From contig OZ242214.1 in assembly GCA_965206595.1 (NCBI GenBank), positions 3,616,001-3,680,000 on the forward strand: a DNA stretch of 64,000 nucleotides, written 5' to 3'. How positions within the stretch are numbered: position 1 is the first letter of the stretch; the number at the start of each line of letters is the position of its first letter. The notes under the pieces were generated by a model. It was not told where the DNA came from and did no database searches. It saw only the letters and a list, made by a program, of their open reading frames with translations. The translations under genes were made by a program, and so were the position numbers. The stretch comes from Candidatus Latescibacterota bacterium. GTDB taxonomy: Bacteria; Latescibacterota; UBA2968; UBA8231. Positions 9,130 through 18,641 of the stretch are shown piece by piece.

Positions 9130-10008
9130 TCAGGCGGCAGCGGAGCTGCGACGGGCGAGCACGACGCGCGGGATGCCGACGAGGTCGGGACGAACGCGGA
9201 CATCCGCGAAATTTTCGCTCTCCGCCAGGATCCCGGTCACCTTGGAGGCTTGTCCGTCACCTACCTCCAAGAGGAGCACGCCGTCCGGCGCGAGCACCGA
9301 CCCTGCGGAAACGGCGAGCCGCCGGTAGAAGTCAAGCCCGTCGGGGCCGCCGTCCAGCGCCCGGCGCGGCTCGAAATCCCGCACCTCCGCCTCGAGCTGC
9401 TCGATCTCGACACTGGGTATGTACGGAGGGTTGCACACGACAGCTTCGAAGTGGTCGCCGGGGGCGAATGCGGAAAGGAAGTCGCTGCGGGCGATATGGA
9501 GACGCCCGCCGACTCCGTGGGCCCTAGCGTTGCGCCGCGTCGTCATCAGGGCATCGCGGTCGATATCGACCGCCGTCACCCGAGCCGAAGGCTCCTCGTG
9601 GGCGATGGAGATCGCTATGGCGCCACTGCCGCACCCGAGATCGAGGACGTGGGGATGGTCTCTTGACGCCAGGAACTCCAGCGCGCAATCGACCAGTACC
9701 TCAGTTTCCGGACGCGGTATCAGGACCGATTCCGACACCTCCAGATCGAGCAATCGAAAGCTCGCCGTACCGGTGATGTACTGAACGGGAGCCCCGCGCA
9801 GGCGTTCACGCACGTAGCCGCGGAAACAGGCGACCTCTTCTTCGACGACCGTCCTTTCGAACTGGAGATAGAGGTCGAGCCGCTTCACCTCTAGGGCGGC
9901 CGCAAGCAGCAACTCGGCCTGCAGCCTGGGATTTTCGATCCCCTGTGACGAAAAAAAGCCGCTCGCTTCGTTCAGAAGGTCGAGCAGCTTCCAGGAGGGC
10001 TTACTCAT
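9130..10008 (-). CDS. prmC: Release factor glutamine methyltransferase
   Basis: VLIPRPETE, LDLGCGSGAI, NPPY and ALDGGPDGL motifs; follows prfA. Confidence 0.96.
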   Translation of the reverse strand: MSKPSWKLLDLLNEASGFFSSQGIENPRLQAELLLAAALEVKRLDLYLQFERTVVEEEVACFRGYVRERLRGAPVQYITGTASFRLLDLEVSESVLIPRPETEVLVDCALEFLASRDHPHVLDLGCGSGAIAISIAHEEPSARVTAVDIDRDALMTTRRNARAHGVGGRLHIARSDFLSAFAPGDHFEAVVCNPPYIPSVEIEQLEAEVRDFEPRRALDGGPDGLDFYRRLAVSAGSVLAPDGVLLLEVGDGQASKVTGILAESENFADVRVRPDLVGIPRVVLARRSSAAA

Positions 10009-10143
10009 TTATATGGTGTTTATGGTGTCTATTTGGCTTCCGTCTCACAAACTGCCTCGACACTTTTCGGGCGATCCGTGCCGTCCTCATTGGCCGGATT
10101 CCTCGCTCGGTTCAGGAAAACAGGACACCCGAAGGCCTCGAGT

Positions 10144-11226
10144 TCATGAGGCCAGCGCATCTTCCTGTTCCGCTTCGGCGAGTTTGTCGACGAACTTGTC
10201 GAGCTCGCCGTCGAGAACCCCATCCAACCGGTAGATCGACAGCCCGATGCGGTGGTCGGTAACGCGACCCTGGGGAAAGTTGTAGGTGCGTATCTTGGCG
10301 CTGCGGTCGCCGGACCCGATCTGCTGCCTCCGCTCTCGCGACAGCTCGGCCTCCTGTTCCTCGCGGCGTTGAGCCAGGAGGCGCGCGCGCAGAACCTTCA
10401 TCGCCTTGTTCTTGTTCTTCAGCTGCGACTTTTCGTCCTGGCAGCTGACCACCATGCCGGTAGGTTTGTGCGTAATCCGCACCGCGGAGTCGGTCGTGTT
10501 CACACTTTGTCCCCCCGGACCGCTGGAGCGGTACACGTCAACCTCGATCTCTTCAGGGGAAATCTCGACATCGATATCGTCGGCCTCGGGCAGGACCGCC
10601 ACCGACGCTGCCGAGGTGTGGATACGACCGCTGGCTTCGGTCTTGGGAACGCGCTGAACCCGGTGCACCCCGCTTTCGAATTTCAGCTTGCCGTACGCGG
10701 AAGCACCCGAGACCATGAAGACGACTTCCTTGAATCCTCCGGAAGGATTGGTGCTCGATGAAAGCGGCTCGGTTTTCCAGGAATTGCGTTCCGCGAAGCG
10801 GTGGTACATCCGGAACAGGTCGCTGGCGAACAGGCCGGCTTCGTCACCTCCGGTACCTGCCCGGACCTCGACGATGGCGTTGCGGCCGGCATTCGGATCC
10901 CTGGGAATCAGCAACAACTGAATCGCCGCTTCGAGTTGGCCGATCTCCCCCTCGAGCTCCCGCAGCTCCTCGCTGGCCAGCTCCACGAGTTCGGAATCGT
11001 CCGCATCGGCGATTATCAGCACTGCATCCGCGCGGCGTTCCAGGCATCCGCGATAACTCCTGGCGAGGTCGACGACCTCACGCAGCTCACCAAGTTCGCG
11101 CGCTAGCCGTTGGTACAGCGAGGGATTCCGGGCGATCTCCGGGTCCGCGAGCTCTTCGCTGATCTCGTCGAACCTGCGCTCTTTCTCGCCGAGTCTGTCG
11201 AGCAGTGGAGAGGGGGCGTCGCTCAT
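10144..11226 (-). CDS. prfA: Peptide chain release factor 1
   Basis: GTGGDEA, ESGVHRVQRVPKTE (PxT motif of RF1), GGQ, IRTYNFPQGR. The ATG at 11226 overlaps the upstream stop. Confidence 0.97.
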   Translation of the reverse strand: MSDAPSPLLDRLGEKERRFDEISEELADPEIARNPSLYQRLARELGELREVVDLARSYRGCLERRADAVLIIADADDSELVELASEELRELEGEIGQLEAAIQLLLIPRDPNAGRNAIVEVRAGTGGDEAGLFASDLFRMYHRFAERNSWKTEPLSSSTNPSGGFKEVVFMVSGASAYGKLKFESGVHRVQRVPKTEASGRIHTSAASVAVLPEADDIDVEISPEEIEVDVYRSSGPGGQSVNTTDSAVRITHKPTGMVVSCQDEKSQLKNKNKAMKVLRARLLAQRREEQEAELSRERRQQIGSGDRSAKIRTYNFPQGRVTDHRIGLSIYRLDGVLDGELDKFVDKLAEAEQEDALAS

Positions 11227-12287
11227 TCGCCAGCCCCGCCCGAGACCGGCGGAGATTCGGCCGCCTCCGCCGGGGCCGAAGAAGGGGTGCGTCCATCCGG
11301 GGACCAGATTTCGAACTCGGCGACCGCGGACAGTCCGAGGGCTCTGCGCAGGGCGACCAGGGCCACCTCGAGCTGGGCGTCGTCCGGCTCCCGGGTCGTG
11401 ATCCGCTGCAGCCAGAGACCGGGAGCGATCAGCAGCCGGGTCAGGGGATGGTTGCGTTTTCGACCGGAAAGTTTCAGCAGCTCGAAGCTCACCCCGGATA
11501 CCAGCGGCAGGATGCAAAGATGTGTGGCGAAACGCTCGAGCAGCGATTGCCGGCGGCCTAGGGCCTCCGCGACCGCCGAGTCGACCAGCGCGAAAGCAAG
11601 TATCGAAACAAGGACGACAATCAGCAGGAAACTAGTACCACACCGGGGATGCAGGCGCCCGTACTCCCGGGCCCGGGCAACCGTCAGATCGTCGCCGGCC
11701 TCCTGTGTGTAGATGCTCTTGTGCTCGGCTCCGTGATACTCGAAAACCCGGCGTATCTCGCTCCAGTGGCTCAAACCCCACAGATAAAGGATGAAAAGCG
11801 CCAGCCGCACCGAACCGGCCAGCAGGTTGAACCGAAAAGCATCTCGGGCGGCGCCGCTGTGCTCGGCGACGAACAGCGGCAGGAAGAAGAAGATCCCCAG
11901 CCCTGCCGCGAGGCTGATCGCTACGGTCAGTGCCAAGGCTAACCGATTCTGCCCCGAATTGGTTGCCTGTTCCGGTTCGCCCTGCTGCCGCGCTTCGGCC
12001 TGCATCGCCATGTCGGCAGAAAAGTTGAGGGTGCGTACCCCGATGATCGCCATCTCGAAAAACGACACGGCGCCGCGAATGACCGGAACTCCCAACAGCC
12101 GCAGGCGGCGCGACCACGGGATGTGCTCCTCTTCCCTGACCAAGATCCCGCGGTCCGGAGTGCGCACTGCCGTGACTATTTTCTCCTGCGCCCGAATCAT
12201 CACCCCTTCGATGACGGCTTGGCCCCCGATCGGCAGGTCTTCCGACTCTCTCGTGCCTTGGACGGTTGAGAGATCCCTGTTACTCAT
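11223..12287 (-). CDS. DUF1385 (YqhQ-like) membrane protein
   Basis: IGGQAVIEGVM, FEYHGAEHK, HPRCGTSF and PGLWLQRITTREP; standard position between rpmE and prfA. Confidence 0.92.
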   Translation of the reverse strand: MSNRDLSTVQGTRESEDLPIGGQAVIEGVMIRAQEKIVTAVRTPDRGILVREEEHIPWSRRLRLLGVPVIRGAVSFFEMAIIGVRTLNFSADMAMQAEARQQGEPEQATNSGQNRLALALTVAISLAAGLGIFFFLPLFVAEHSGAARDAFRFNLLAGSVRLALFILYLWGLSHWSEIRRVFEYHGAEHKSIYTQEAGDDLTVARAREYGRLHPRCGTSFLLIVVLVSILAFALVDSAVAEALGRRQSLLERFATHLCILPLVSGVSFELLKLSGRKRNHPLTRLLIAPGLWLQRITTREPDDAQLEVALVALRRALGLSAVAEFEIWSPDGRTPSSAPAEAAESPPVSGGAGE

Positions 12288-12315
12288 ACGTTTCGGTGCG
12301 CTTCCCGGAGTACAT

Positions 12316-12363
12316 AAAAAAGGCGACAGGGCCGGCCCCTTCATGGGACAAACCTGTCACCTC
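12316..12363 (-). terminator. Intrinsic terminator after rpmE
   Basis: Minus strand GGTGACAGG...CCTGTCGCC followed by a T-run. Confidence 0.5.
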
Positions 12364-12376
12364 GAGTGTACGGAAA

Positions 12377-12637
12377 TCAGTTCCCAGCGGCCTTGTCGCC
12401 GTAGCGACGGCGGAACTGTTCGATGCGGCCACCGCGTTCGGCGATCTGCTGCCGTTTGCCAGTATAGAACGGGTGGGAGACCGAGCTGATCTCGACGCGG
12501 ATCAGAGGGTAGGTGTTGCCATCTTCCCACTCGATCGTCTGATCGGTAGCCGCCGTCGACCTCGTCAGCACCTTGAAGTCGCTGCTTACGTCCTGAATGA
12601 CTACCGGCCGGTAGTCAGGGTGGATGTCGCTTTTCAT
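12377..12637 (-). CDS. rpmE: 50S ribosomal protein L31, type B (no Zn-binding cysteines)
   Basis: [15 protein letters not shown]...WEDGNTYP...[13 protein letters not shown]; 86 aa with no Cys. Confidence 0.93.
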   Translation of the reverse strand: MKSDIHPDYRPVVIQDVSSDFKVLTRSTAATDQTIEWEDGNTYPLIRVEISSVSHPFYTGKRQQIAERGGRIEQFRRRYGDKAAGN

Positions 12638-12740
12638 GGCTCTTCGAGTTCTGTCGTTGCAACGGGTTGGTTTTAAAAGAAAATATGACCGTGTCAATGT
12701 AGCGCAAACAGCGGAAATCCCGCCGCGCCCGCAGGGAGCG

Positions 12741-14093
12741 CTACTCGTTCATTGACTTCAGGAATTCCTCGTTCGAAGCCGTTCCCTGCATCTTCTCGGT
12801 GAGGAACTCCATCCCCTCGACGACTCCCATCTGGTTGAGAATGCGCCGAATGATGTACGACCGGCTCAATTCCAGCTCGCCGAGTAGAAGCTCCTCCTTG
12901 CGCGTGCTGGTCGCGGTCACGTCGATGGCCGGATAGGTGCGCCTGTTGCTCAGTTTGCGATCCAGCGTTACCTGCATGTTTCCGGTTCCCTTGAACTCCT
13001 CAAAGATCACCTCGTCCATGCGGCTGCCGGTATCGACGAGGGTGGTTGCGACGATGGTCAGGCTGCCCCCTTCCTCGACGTTGCGTGCAGCGGCGAAAAA
13101 CCGGCGCGGCCATTGCAGCGCCGTCGAGTCGACGCCCCCCGTCAGGATACGGCCGCTGTGTGGGGTGACCGTGTTGTAGGCGCGCGCCAGACGCGTCATG
13201 CTGTCGAGCAGGACGACGACATCCCGTTTGTGTTCGATCAGCCGGCGCGCTTTCTCGATGACCATCTCCGCAACCTGAACGTGCCGGGTGGCGGGCTCGT
13301 CGAAGGTGGAGCTGACGACCTCGCCCTTTACGGAACGCTGCATGTCGGTGACTTCCTCCGGGCGCTCGTCTATCAGCAGCACTATCAGAATCACTTCGGG
13401 GTGATTGTGGGAAATGGCGTTGGCGATTTTCTGAAGCAAGACGGTCTTGCCGGTGAACGGCGGGGCGACAATCAACCCGCGCTGGCCCTTTCCGATCGGT
13501 GACAGCAGGTCGAGGACCCGCGTGGTGAGATCCTTTGGATTGTGTTCCAGTACCATGCGCTCAGTCGGATGCAGAGCGGTCAGGTTCTCGAAAATCGTCT
13601 TGCTCTTGGTTACCTCGGGGTCCTCGAAGTTGATCGCTTCGACGCGCAACAGAGCAAAATACTTCTCATCGTTTTTTGGGGGCCGGATCTGTCCGGATAT
13701 GGTGTCCCCCGTGCGCAAGCTGAAACGTTTTATCTGTGAATGCGAGACGTAAATATCGTCGGGACCGGGCAGGTAGTTGTAGCTGGGTGAGCGCAGGAAG
13801 CCGAAACCCTCGTCAAGGACTTCCAGCACCCCTTGGGCAAACAGCAGCCCGCTACGCTCGGTTTGAGCCTTCAGGATGGCGAAAATCAGCTCTTGCTTGC
13901 GCAGTGAATGGTAGTCGGGAACGGTGAGATCGCGAGCCAACTCCTGTTGATCGAGGATGTTCATCCTCTGCAGGTCAATGATGTTGAGCTTTATACTGCG
14001 TTCGTTGGCGCCTTCGGACCTGGAGCGGTTGTTGTTGCGTTCGGAGGGCAAACGCTTCCGTTCCGGCGCTGCCTTGGTGCGCTCGGCGGGCAT
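12741..14093 (-). CDS. rho: Transcription termination factor Rho
   Basis: [50 protein letters not shown]. Confidence 0.98.
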   Translation of the reverse strand: MPAERTKAAPERKRLPSERNNNRSRSEGANERSIKLNIIDLQRMNILDQQELARDLTVPDYHSLRKQELIFAILKAQTERSGLLFAQGVLEVLDEGFGFLRSPSYNYLPGPDDIYVSHSQIKRFSLRTGDTISGQIRPPKNDEKYFALLRVEAINFEDPEVTKSKTIFENLTALHPTERMVLEHNPKDLTTRVLDLLSPIGKGQRGLIVAPPFTGKTVLLQKIANAISHNHPEVILIVLLIDERPEEVTDMQRSVKGEVVSSTFDEPATRHVQVAEMVIEKARRLIEHKRDVVVLLDSMTRLARAYNTVTPHSGRILTGGVDSTALQWPRRFFAAARNVEEGGSLTIVATTLVDTGSRMDEVIFEEFKGTGNMQVTLDRKLSNRRTYPAIDVTATSTRKEELLLGELELSRSYIIRRILNQMGVVEGMEFLTEKMQGTASNEEFLKSMNE

Positions 14094-14449
14094 TGGAGAC
14101 CTTTCGTGTAGATCGTTATATGGACGCTGCGCCCCACCTCGGGAACGCGGGAGGCGCGTCCAGTTGGTTCCCGTTCAAGGGCTTGGCCACCCGGATACCC
14201 ACAGGGCAGATCCGATACCTGCGCTGCGGATGTTTCTCAGCCGTCAGTTTGCAATTCCTTCCCATGAGCGGAAGTGAACTTTGCGCGCGTCCTGCTGTGT
14301 CGAACGATGCGATTGAAATTAAAATCTGGTTGCTGGTCGGATTACTGCTGAAATCTTGGTCACGGGCAGCCGCCAGAATTAAAGGCGGCTGACCAGAAGA
14401 GCGAAGTGAGTGGAAGGGAGGATATGAAAAGCTGCGAAGGATGGCTGGA

Positions 14450-14478
14450 AAGCTATAGAGGAATATGGGGATTGTCAA
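14450..14478 (-). promoter_or_regulatory. Sigma70-type promoter of rho (about 350-nt leader)
   Basis: Minus strand TTGACA-17 nt-TAGCTT. Confidence 0.65.
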
Positions 14479-14482
14479 GAAC

Positions 14483-14642
14483 TTTGGGGGGCCCCTCAGT
14501 CACGTGCTGTGGGGGAGGGTGCCAAGACCCCTCCCCAGTCGTCTGGATGGTGGAACAGCCGAACCTTGGGGTCCCCATAGGGAGGATCATATGCACCGAC
14601 AAATCCCAAGAAGACGTCGACACCTTCGGCTTGGCCCCCCCG
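14483..14642. other. Structured ~160-nt intergenic element with terminal inverted repeats (MITE-like or ncRNA)
   Basis: GGGGGGCC (14486-14493) pairs with GGCCCCCC (14633-14640); internal GC hairpin 14510-14537; nested AGCCGAA/TTCGGCT and CTTGGG/CCCAAG pairings. Confidence 0.4.
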
Positions 14643-14675
14643 AAAAAAAAGCGCGCCACCGACAGGGTGGCGCGC
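14643..14675 (-). terminator. Intrinsic terminator of the dockerin-like protein gene
   Basis: Minus strand GCGCGCCACC-CTGTC-GGTGGCGCGC followed by T8. Confidence 0.85.
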
Positions 14676-14703
14676 CCGCTATTGATTGGGTGTCAGTCGG
14701 ACT

Positions 14704-16113
14704 TTAATTGCTGACGTCTCTTCCATATCCAAAGGAATCTGCGAACTTCATGAAATCCTCGAGATTGATATGCCCATTGCAATCCAAGTCCGCCTTGTAG
14801 TTGAATTCCACATCATCCTCGGTAACATCAAAAACATCGGCGAAAAGGAAGAAGTCGTCATAGTCGACGTCATTATCCTCGTCTATGAAGCCGACCACGT
14901 TGACTTCCTCTTCCGTTTCCGGATCGACAATGACCCCGACGCGAGCGCAGACGGGTTCGGTAACGCTGCTTCCGAGAACCGTTACTCCAACCTTCCGGTT
15001 GCGCGGATCATTGCTGGTAATATTGAGAGATGAGTTGAAATCACCCGTTTCGGCCGACGAAAAGAGGACGTCGACCTCCTCGGATGCATCGGGGGCGATC
15101 GTGACTTCTGCATCCTCACCGTCGATGGAAAACACCTCATCACCCTCCAGCGCCAAACTGGCCTCGAGTTCCCCGCCCCCTTCGTTGGTGATCGTCAAGG
15201 TCTTGGTCTTGCTCTCGCCTGCAAGCACGTTGCGGAAGTTGAACCTCGTGCGGCTCAGGGAGATCATCGGCGCATCCATACCACCTACAATAGTCGCGCT
15301 TAGAGCCATGACCGTCACCCGATTGTCTGGATCGTTCGTCCTGATCGTCAATGTCCCGGTGTAATCGAGGTTGTAGTTGCCTACCTCGGCAGCGAGGAAA
15401 CTGACCGAAAACGAGATTTCTTCGTTGATCGCCAGAATGATCGGCCCATTGTCGTCGGCCAAGTCGATAGCGAATCCGTCCCCCTCAATCGAAACCTCGA
15501 CACCGAGTACGGCGTCGGCATCAGTGGCCGCATTGGTAACTGTGACCGTCTCTGACGTCTCCGAGTCGGGGCCAACTTCCCCGAACGCGATATCTCCCTC
15601 CGGGGAAATGGAAACGACTGGCGGCGGGCCGACTGCGATCGGACCGGAATCTGCTGCGTCACTCTCGTTTCCGCCGCCATCGACAGCGGTGACGGAGTAA
15701 TCGTAAGTGATTCCGCTTTCCACCGTTTCATCGACGTAGGAGTAAGAATCGTACCCGACCGCGACGGGTACTTCGTCGATCAATTCGGGCTCACCGCCGA
15801 GTTCGCTTCGCCGGATGTTGTATCGAACGACGTCGTTGACGGGAAAGGACGGTCCGGCCGAAGTGAAATCGGGGCCGACGGGAACTGACCGCACCCCCTC
15901 GGAAGGCGACGTATCCCATTTCAGGACCACACTGGGGCCGGCGAAGTCGACTTCGGCAATCAGGTTTTCAGGTGCATCCGGGGCAATGTTGTCGACCCCA
16001 GCAACCGGATCCGACATAGCATTTTGAGCTATTGCGGAATTCGCCCAAACAAGGGCGACAGCCAGCCCGATCAGGCCAACGCCTGCCGAAAACGTTTTTT
16101 TACCTTTCGACAT
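14704..16113 (-). CDS. Secreted acidic protein: FN3-like domain, two ASH/Ig-like domains and a C-terminal dockerin/EF-hand-like pair
   Basis: RBS GAGGAGG before ATG 16113, signal peptide, YDYSVTAVDGGGNES, LTITNEGG..L...SNDP repeats, and C-terminal DEDNDVDYDDFFLFA...ADLDCNGHINLEDFMKFA. Confidence 0.75.
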   Translation of the reverse strand: MSKGKKTFSAGVGLIGLAVALVWANSAIAQNAMSDPVAGVDNIAPDAPENLIAEVDFAGPSVVLKWDTSPSEGVRSVPVGPDFTSAGPSFPVNDVVRYNIRRSELGGEPELIDEVPVAVGYDSYSYVDETVESGITYDYSVTAVDGGGNESDAADSGPIAVGPPPVVSISPEGDIAFGEVGPDSETSETVTVTNAATDADAVLGVEVSIEGDGFAIDLADDNGPIILAINEEISFSVSFLAAEVGNYNLDYTGTLTIRTNDPDNRVTVMALSATIVGGMDAPMISLSRTRFNFRNVLAGESKTKTLTITNEGGGELEASLALEGDEVFSIDGEDAEVTIAPDASEEVDVLFSSAETGDFNSSLNITSNDPRNRKVGVTVLGSSVTEPVCARVGVIVDPETEEEVNVVGFIDEDNDVDYDDFFLFADVFDVTEDDVEFNYKADLDCNGHINLEDFMKFADSFGYGRDVSN

Positions 16114-16498
16114 ATTCGATTTCCTCCTCATCGAAATCTCTGTAATTGGGGGATTTTCTTGATCGTGAAGGGCGTTGAGGAGCACCTTCCACTCCCCGGT
16201 CCCGCAGTGCGGGAATTTCCGCAACTCAAGGCGAGGTCGCTAGTTACTGCAAAAGGTGCTAAGTATCGCAAATTTAGGGTATTGTCGTTGCAAGTCAAGC
16301 AAATTTCTCGTCCGTTCCGGGCAATCTGGGGGCCTAATGCCCCAGCCAATTCATATGCGAAAGCGCCAATTTCCCGGACGCCTGCATTTTTTCGCAGCAA
16401 ATCGGGCATGGCCAAAGCCCAAATAATGAGGAAAGGGATCCAGGCTACTGCCTCCGTATACTGTGTTTGCGAAGTCAGCAGCCCCAAAATATCGCAGT

Positions 16499-16527
16499 TT
16501 GACCCGGTTGTCCCACCCGGGTAGCTT
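16499..16527 (+). promoter_or_regulatory. Sigma70-type promoter of dnaG
   Basis: TTGACC-17 nt-TAGCTT. Confidence 0.65.
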
Positions 16528-16581
16528 CTTCCCGGCGGCGCCCGACTATCCCTATATTGTCCCTTTCACTCGGGGCGTGCA

Positions 16582-18390
16582 ATGGCCCGGAATCTCATCC
16601 CGGAAGAAATCCTGGAGCGCATCAGGGCGGCGACGGACATCGTCGACCTCGTGTCGGGCCATGTCCAGTTGACCCGAAAGGGCAGGAACTTCCTTGGACT
16701 CTGCCCCTTTCACACCGAGAAAACCCCGTCGTTCAACGTCCATCCCGAGCTACAGATCTACCGCTGTTTCGGCTGTGGAGCGGGCGGAAACATCTTCAAA
16801 TTCGTCCAGGAGATGGACCGCGTCAGCTTCCCCGAGGCGGTGTCCTTCCTCGCGCGGCGCGGCGGCGTGGAGATCCCCGAGGGCGGGGTAGCCCGGGGGG
16901 ACGGACAAGTTGCCGACAAGATCTACCGGGCAAACGAGTGGGCGGCCAAGTATTACCATTACCTCCTGCGGCAGAAAGAAGGCCGCAGGGCCCTCGACTA
17001 CCTGCACGACAGGGGTCTTTCCGACGAAGTAGTCGACCGTTTCTACCTCGGGTACGCGCCGCCGGGCGGGACCTCGCTGCTGGAACGGGCCGGCCGGCGC
17101 GGCCATACCGCAGAGGTGCTGGAAAAAGCGGGACTGGCGCTTCCGAGCCACTCCGGGAGGGGGCATTACGACCGCTTCCGCGACCGCGTGATGTTTCCGA
17201 TCGCCAACCTGTCACGCCGCTCCATCGGCTTCGGCGCCAGGGCGCTGAAGCCCGACGATGAGCCCAAGTACCTCAACTCGCCCGAAACAGCGGTCTACCA
17301 CAAGGGGTCCGTGCTCTACGGGTTGAACTGGACGCGGAAGGAGATCGGCAACCGCGACTGCGCCATCGTCGTAGAAGGGTACATGGATCTCCTCGCACTG
17401 GCGCAGGCGGGCATCGGCCACGTGGTGGCCTCTTCCGGCACCGCCCTTACGGAACAGCAGTGCCGCACCCTGGACCGCTACGCAAGCCGGGTCGTCCTGG
17501 TGTTCGACGGCGATGCGGCCGGTTCCGCCGCGGCCATGCGCGGGCTGGAGGTGCTGATCGGGGCCGGTCTCGATGCGCAGGTCGTTCCCCTCCCTGGCGA
17601 CGACGACCCCGACAGTTTCGTGCGCCGGGAGGGCGAGGCGCGCTTTGGGCAGCTTGTCAACGAAGCGGAATCTGTCATCGCTTTCTACATCAAAGGGCTG
17701 GCCGATGAAATCGACCTTTCAACTATGGCCGGCAAAACGCGCGCCATCGTGCGCGTGGTGCCGCTGATCGCCAACTGCAGCAAATCGGTTGCCCGCGACC
17801 TGATGCTGCGGCAGGTGGCGCAACGGCTCGGAGTCGACGAACGGGCGCTTCGAGATGACATGGGCAAAACCCTCGTTTCGAGGAATCTCCGTACCCGAAC
17901 CCCGGCGAAGGAACTGCCGGAAATGCCCTCCTATCCAAATCCGCCTCGTCCAGAGCGGGACTTCATCGGTCTTCTCCTGCAACACCCTCAACTGATCTCG
18001 CGGACCGCGGCGGAGTTGGCCCCGGACCATTTCACTGATGCGAGGGTGCGCGAGTTGGCCGCACTTCTGTTTTCCCGCGACCCCGGCGGCTCACTCGATC
18101 TGTCCACCTTGATGTCGAGCGTTGAGAACCAGGGACTTGGCGATCTGATCTCGTCCTGCGCCATGATCGGGCTCGACGAGGAACAGGTGGAGCTCCAGTG
18201 GCGCGACTACGTGAGGGTTTTTCGCAGGAACTCCCTGACACGCAGAATCGAGGAATCCAAACGCGAACTCGAGGCCGCGGAACGCGCCTCCGGCAGCCTG
18301 GACGTCGATAGGGTCAGCTCCCGCATGATGGATCTCATCCGCGAACAGCACGAGCTCGACGCCGTCAAGTTCGGCGACGAGGATGCTTGA
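16582..18390 (+). CDS. dnaG: DNA primase
   Basis: CPFH.EKTPSF...CFGC zinc finger, DRFRDRVMFPI, KYLNSPET, TOPRIM EGYMD and FDGDAAG, DPD. Confidence 0.98.
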   Translation: MARNLIPEEILERIRAATDIVDLVSGHVQLTRKGRNFLGLCPFHTEKTPSFNVHPELQIYRCFGCGAGGNIFKFVQEMDRVSFPEAVSFLARRGGVEIPEGGVARGDGQVADKIYRANEWAAKYYHYLLRQKEGRRALDYLHDRGLSDEVVDRFYLGYAPPGGTSLLERAGRRGHTAEVLEKAGLALPSHSGRGHYDRFRDRVMFPIANLSRRSIGFGARALKPDDEPKYLNSPETAVYHKGSVLYGLNWTRKEIGNRDCAIVVEGYMDLLALAQAGIGHVVASSGTALTEQQCRTLDRYASRVVLVFDGDAAGSAAAMRGLEVLIGAGLDAQVVPLPGDDDPDSFVRREGEARFGQLVNEAESVIAFYIKGLADEIDLSTMAGKTRAIVRVVPLIANCSKSVARDLMLRQVAQRLGVDERALRDDMGKTLVSRNLRTRTPAKELPEMPSYPNPPRPERDFIGLLLQHPQLISRTAAELAPDHFTDARVRELAALLFSRDPGGSLDLSTLMSSVENQGLGDLISSCAMIGLDEEQVELQWRDYVRVFRRNSLTRRIEESKRELEAAERASGSLDVDRVSSRMMDLIREQHELDAVKFGDEDA

Positions 18391-18426
18391 CCGATGGCGA
18401 TAATCCGGTAGTTTCGAACCCGCACC

Positions 18427-18503
18427 GGGCCCATAGCTCAGTCGGTTAGAGCGGCGGACTCATAATCCGTTGGTCGTAGGTTCGAGTCCTACTGGGCCCA
18501 CCA
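18427..18503 (+). tRNA. tRNA with CAT anticodon, most likely tRNA-Ile2 (lysidine)
   Basis: Acceptor GGGCCCA/TGGGCCC is fully paired, so not an initiator. Loop CTCATAA, discriminator A, encoded CCA. The position after dnaG matches the usual Ile2 locus. Confidence 0.9.
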
Positions 18504-18641
18504 GCCATTCGAGACGCAGCCGGACTACGTTGCGTTTGCCCGGAATCCGAATCGCCTCATTCGCCGCTCCGGTGCCCTCTCGTCCGCCGCCGCAGCCAGC
18601 CGCCCGACGAACCCGGGCGATTCAAACAGGTAACCTTCGCG

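Noticed and set aside
14483-14642. tmRNA, 6S or SRP RNA identity for the structured element
   Set aside because: No tRNA-like T-arm and acceptor pairing, no SRP GGAA tetraloop/AGCAG motif, and no long 6S-like rod with a central bubble that I can support.
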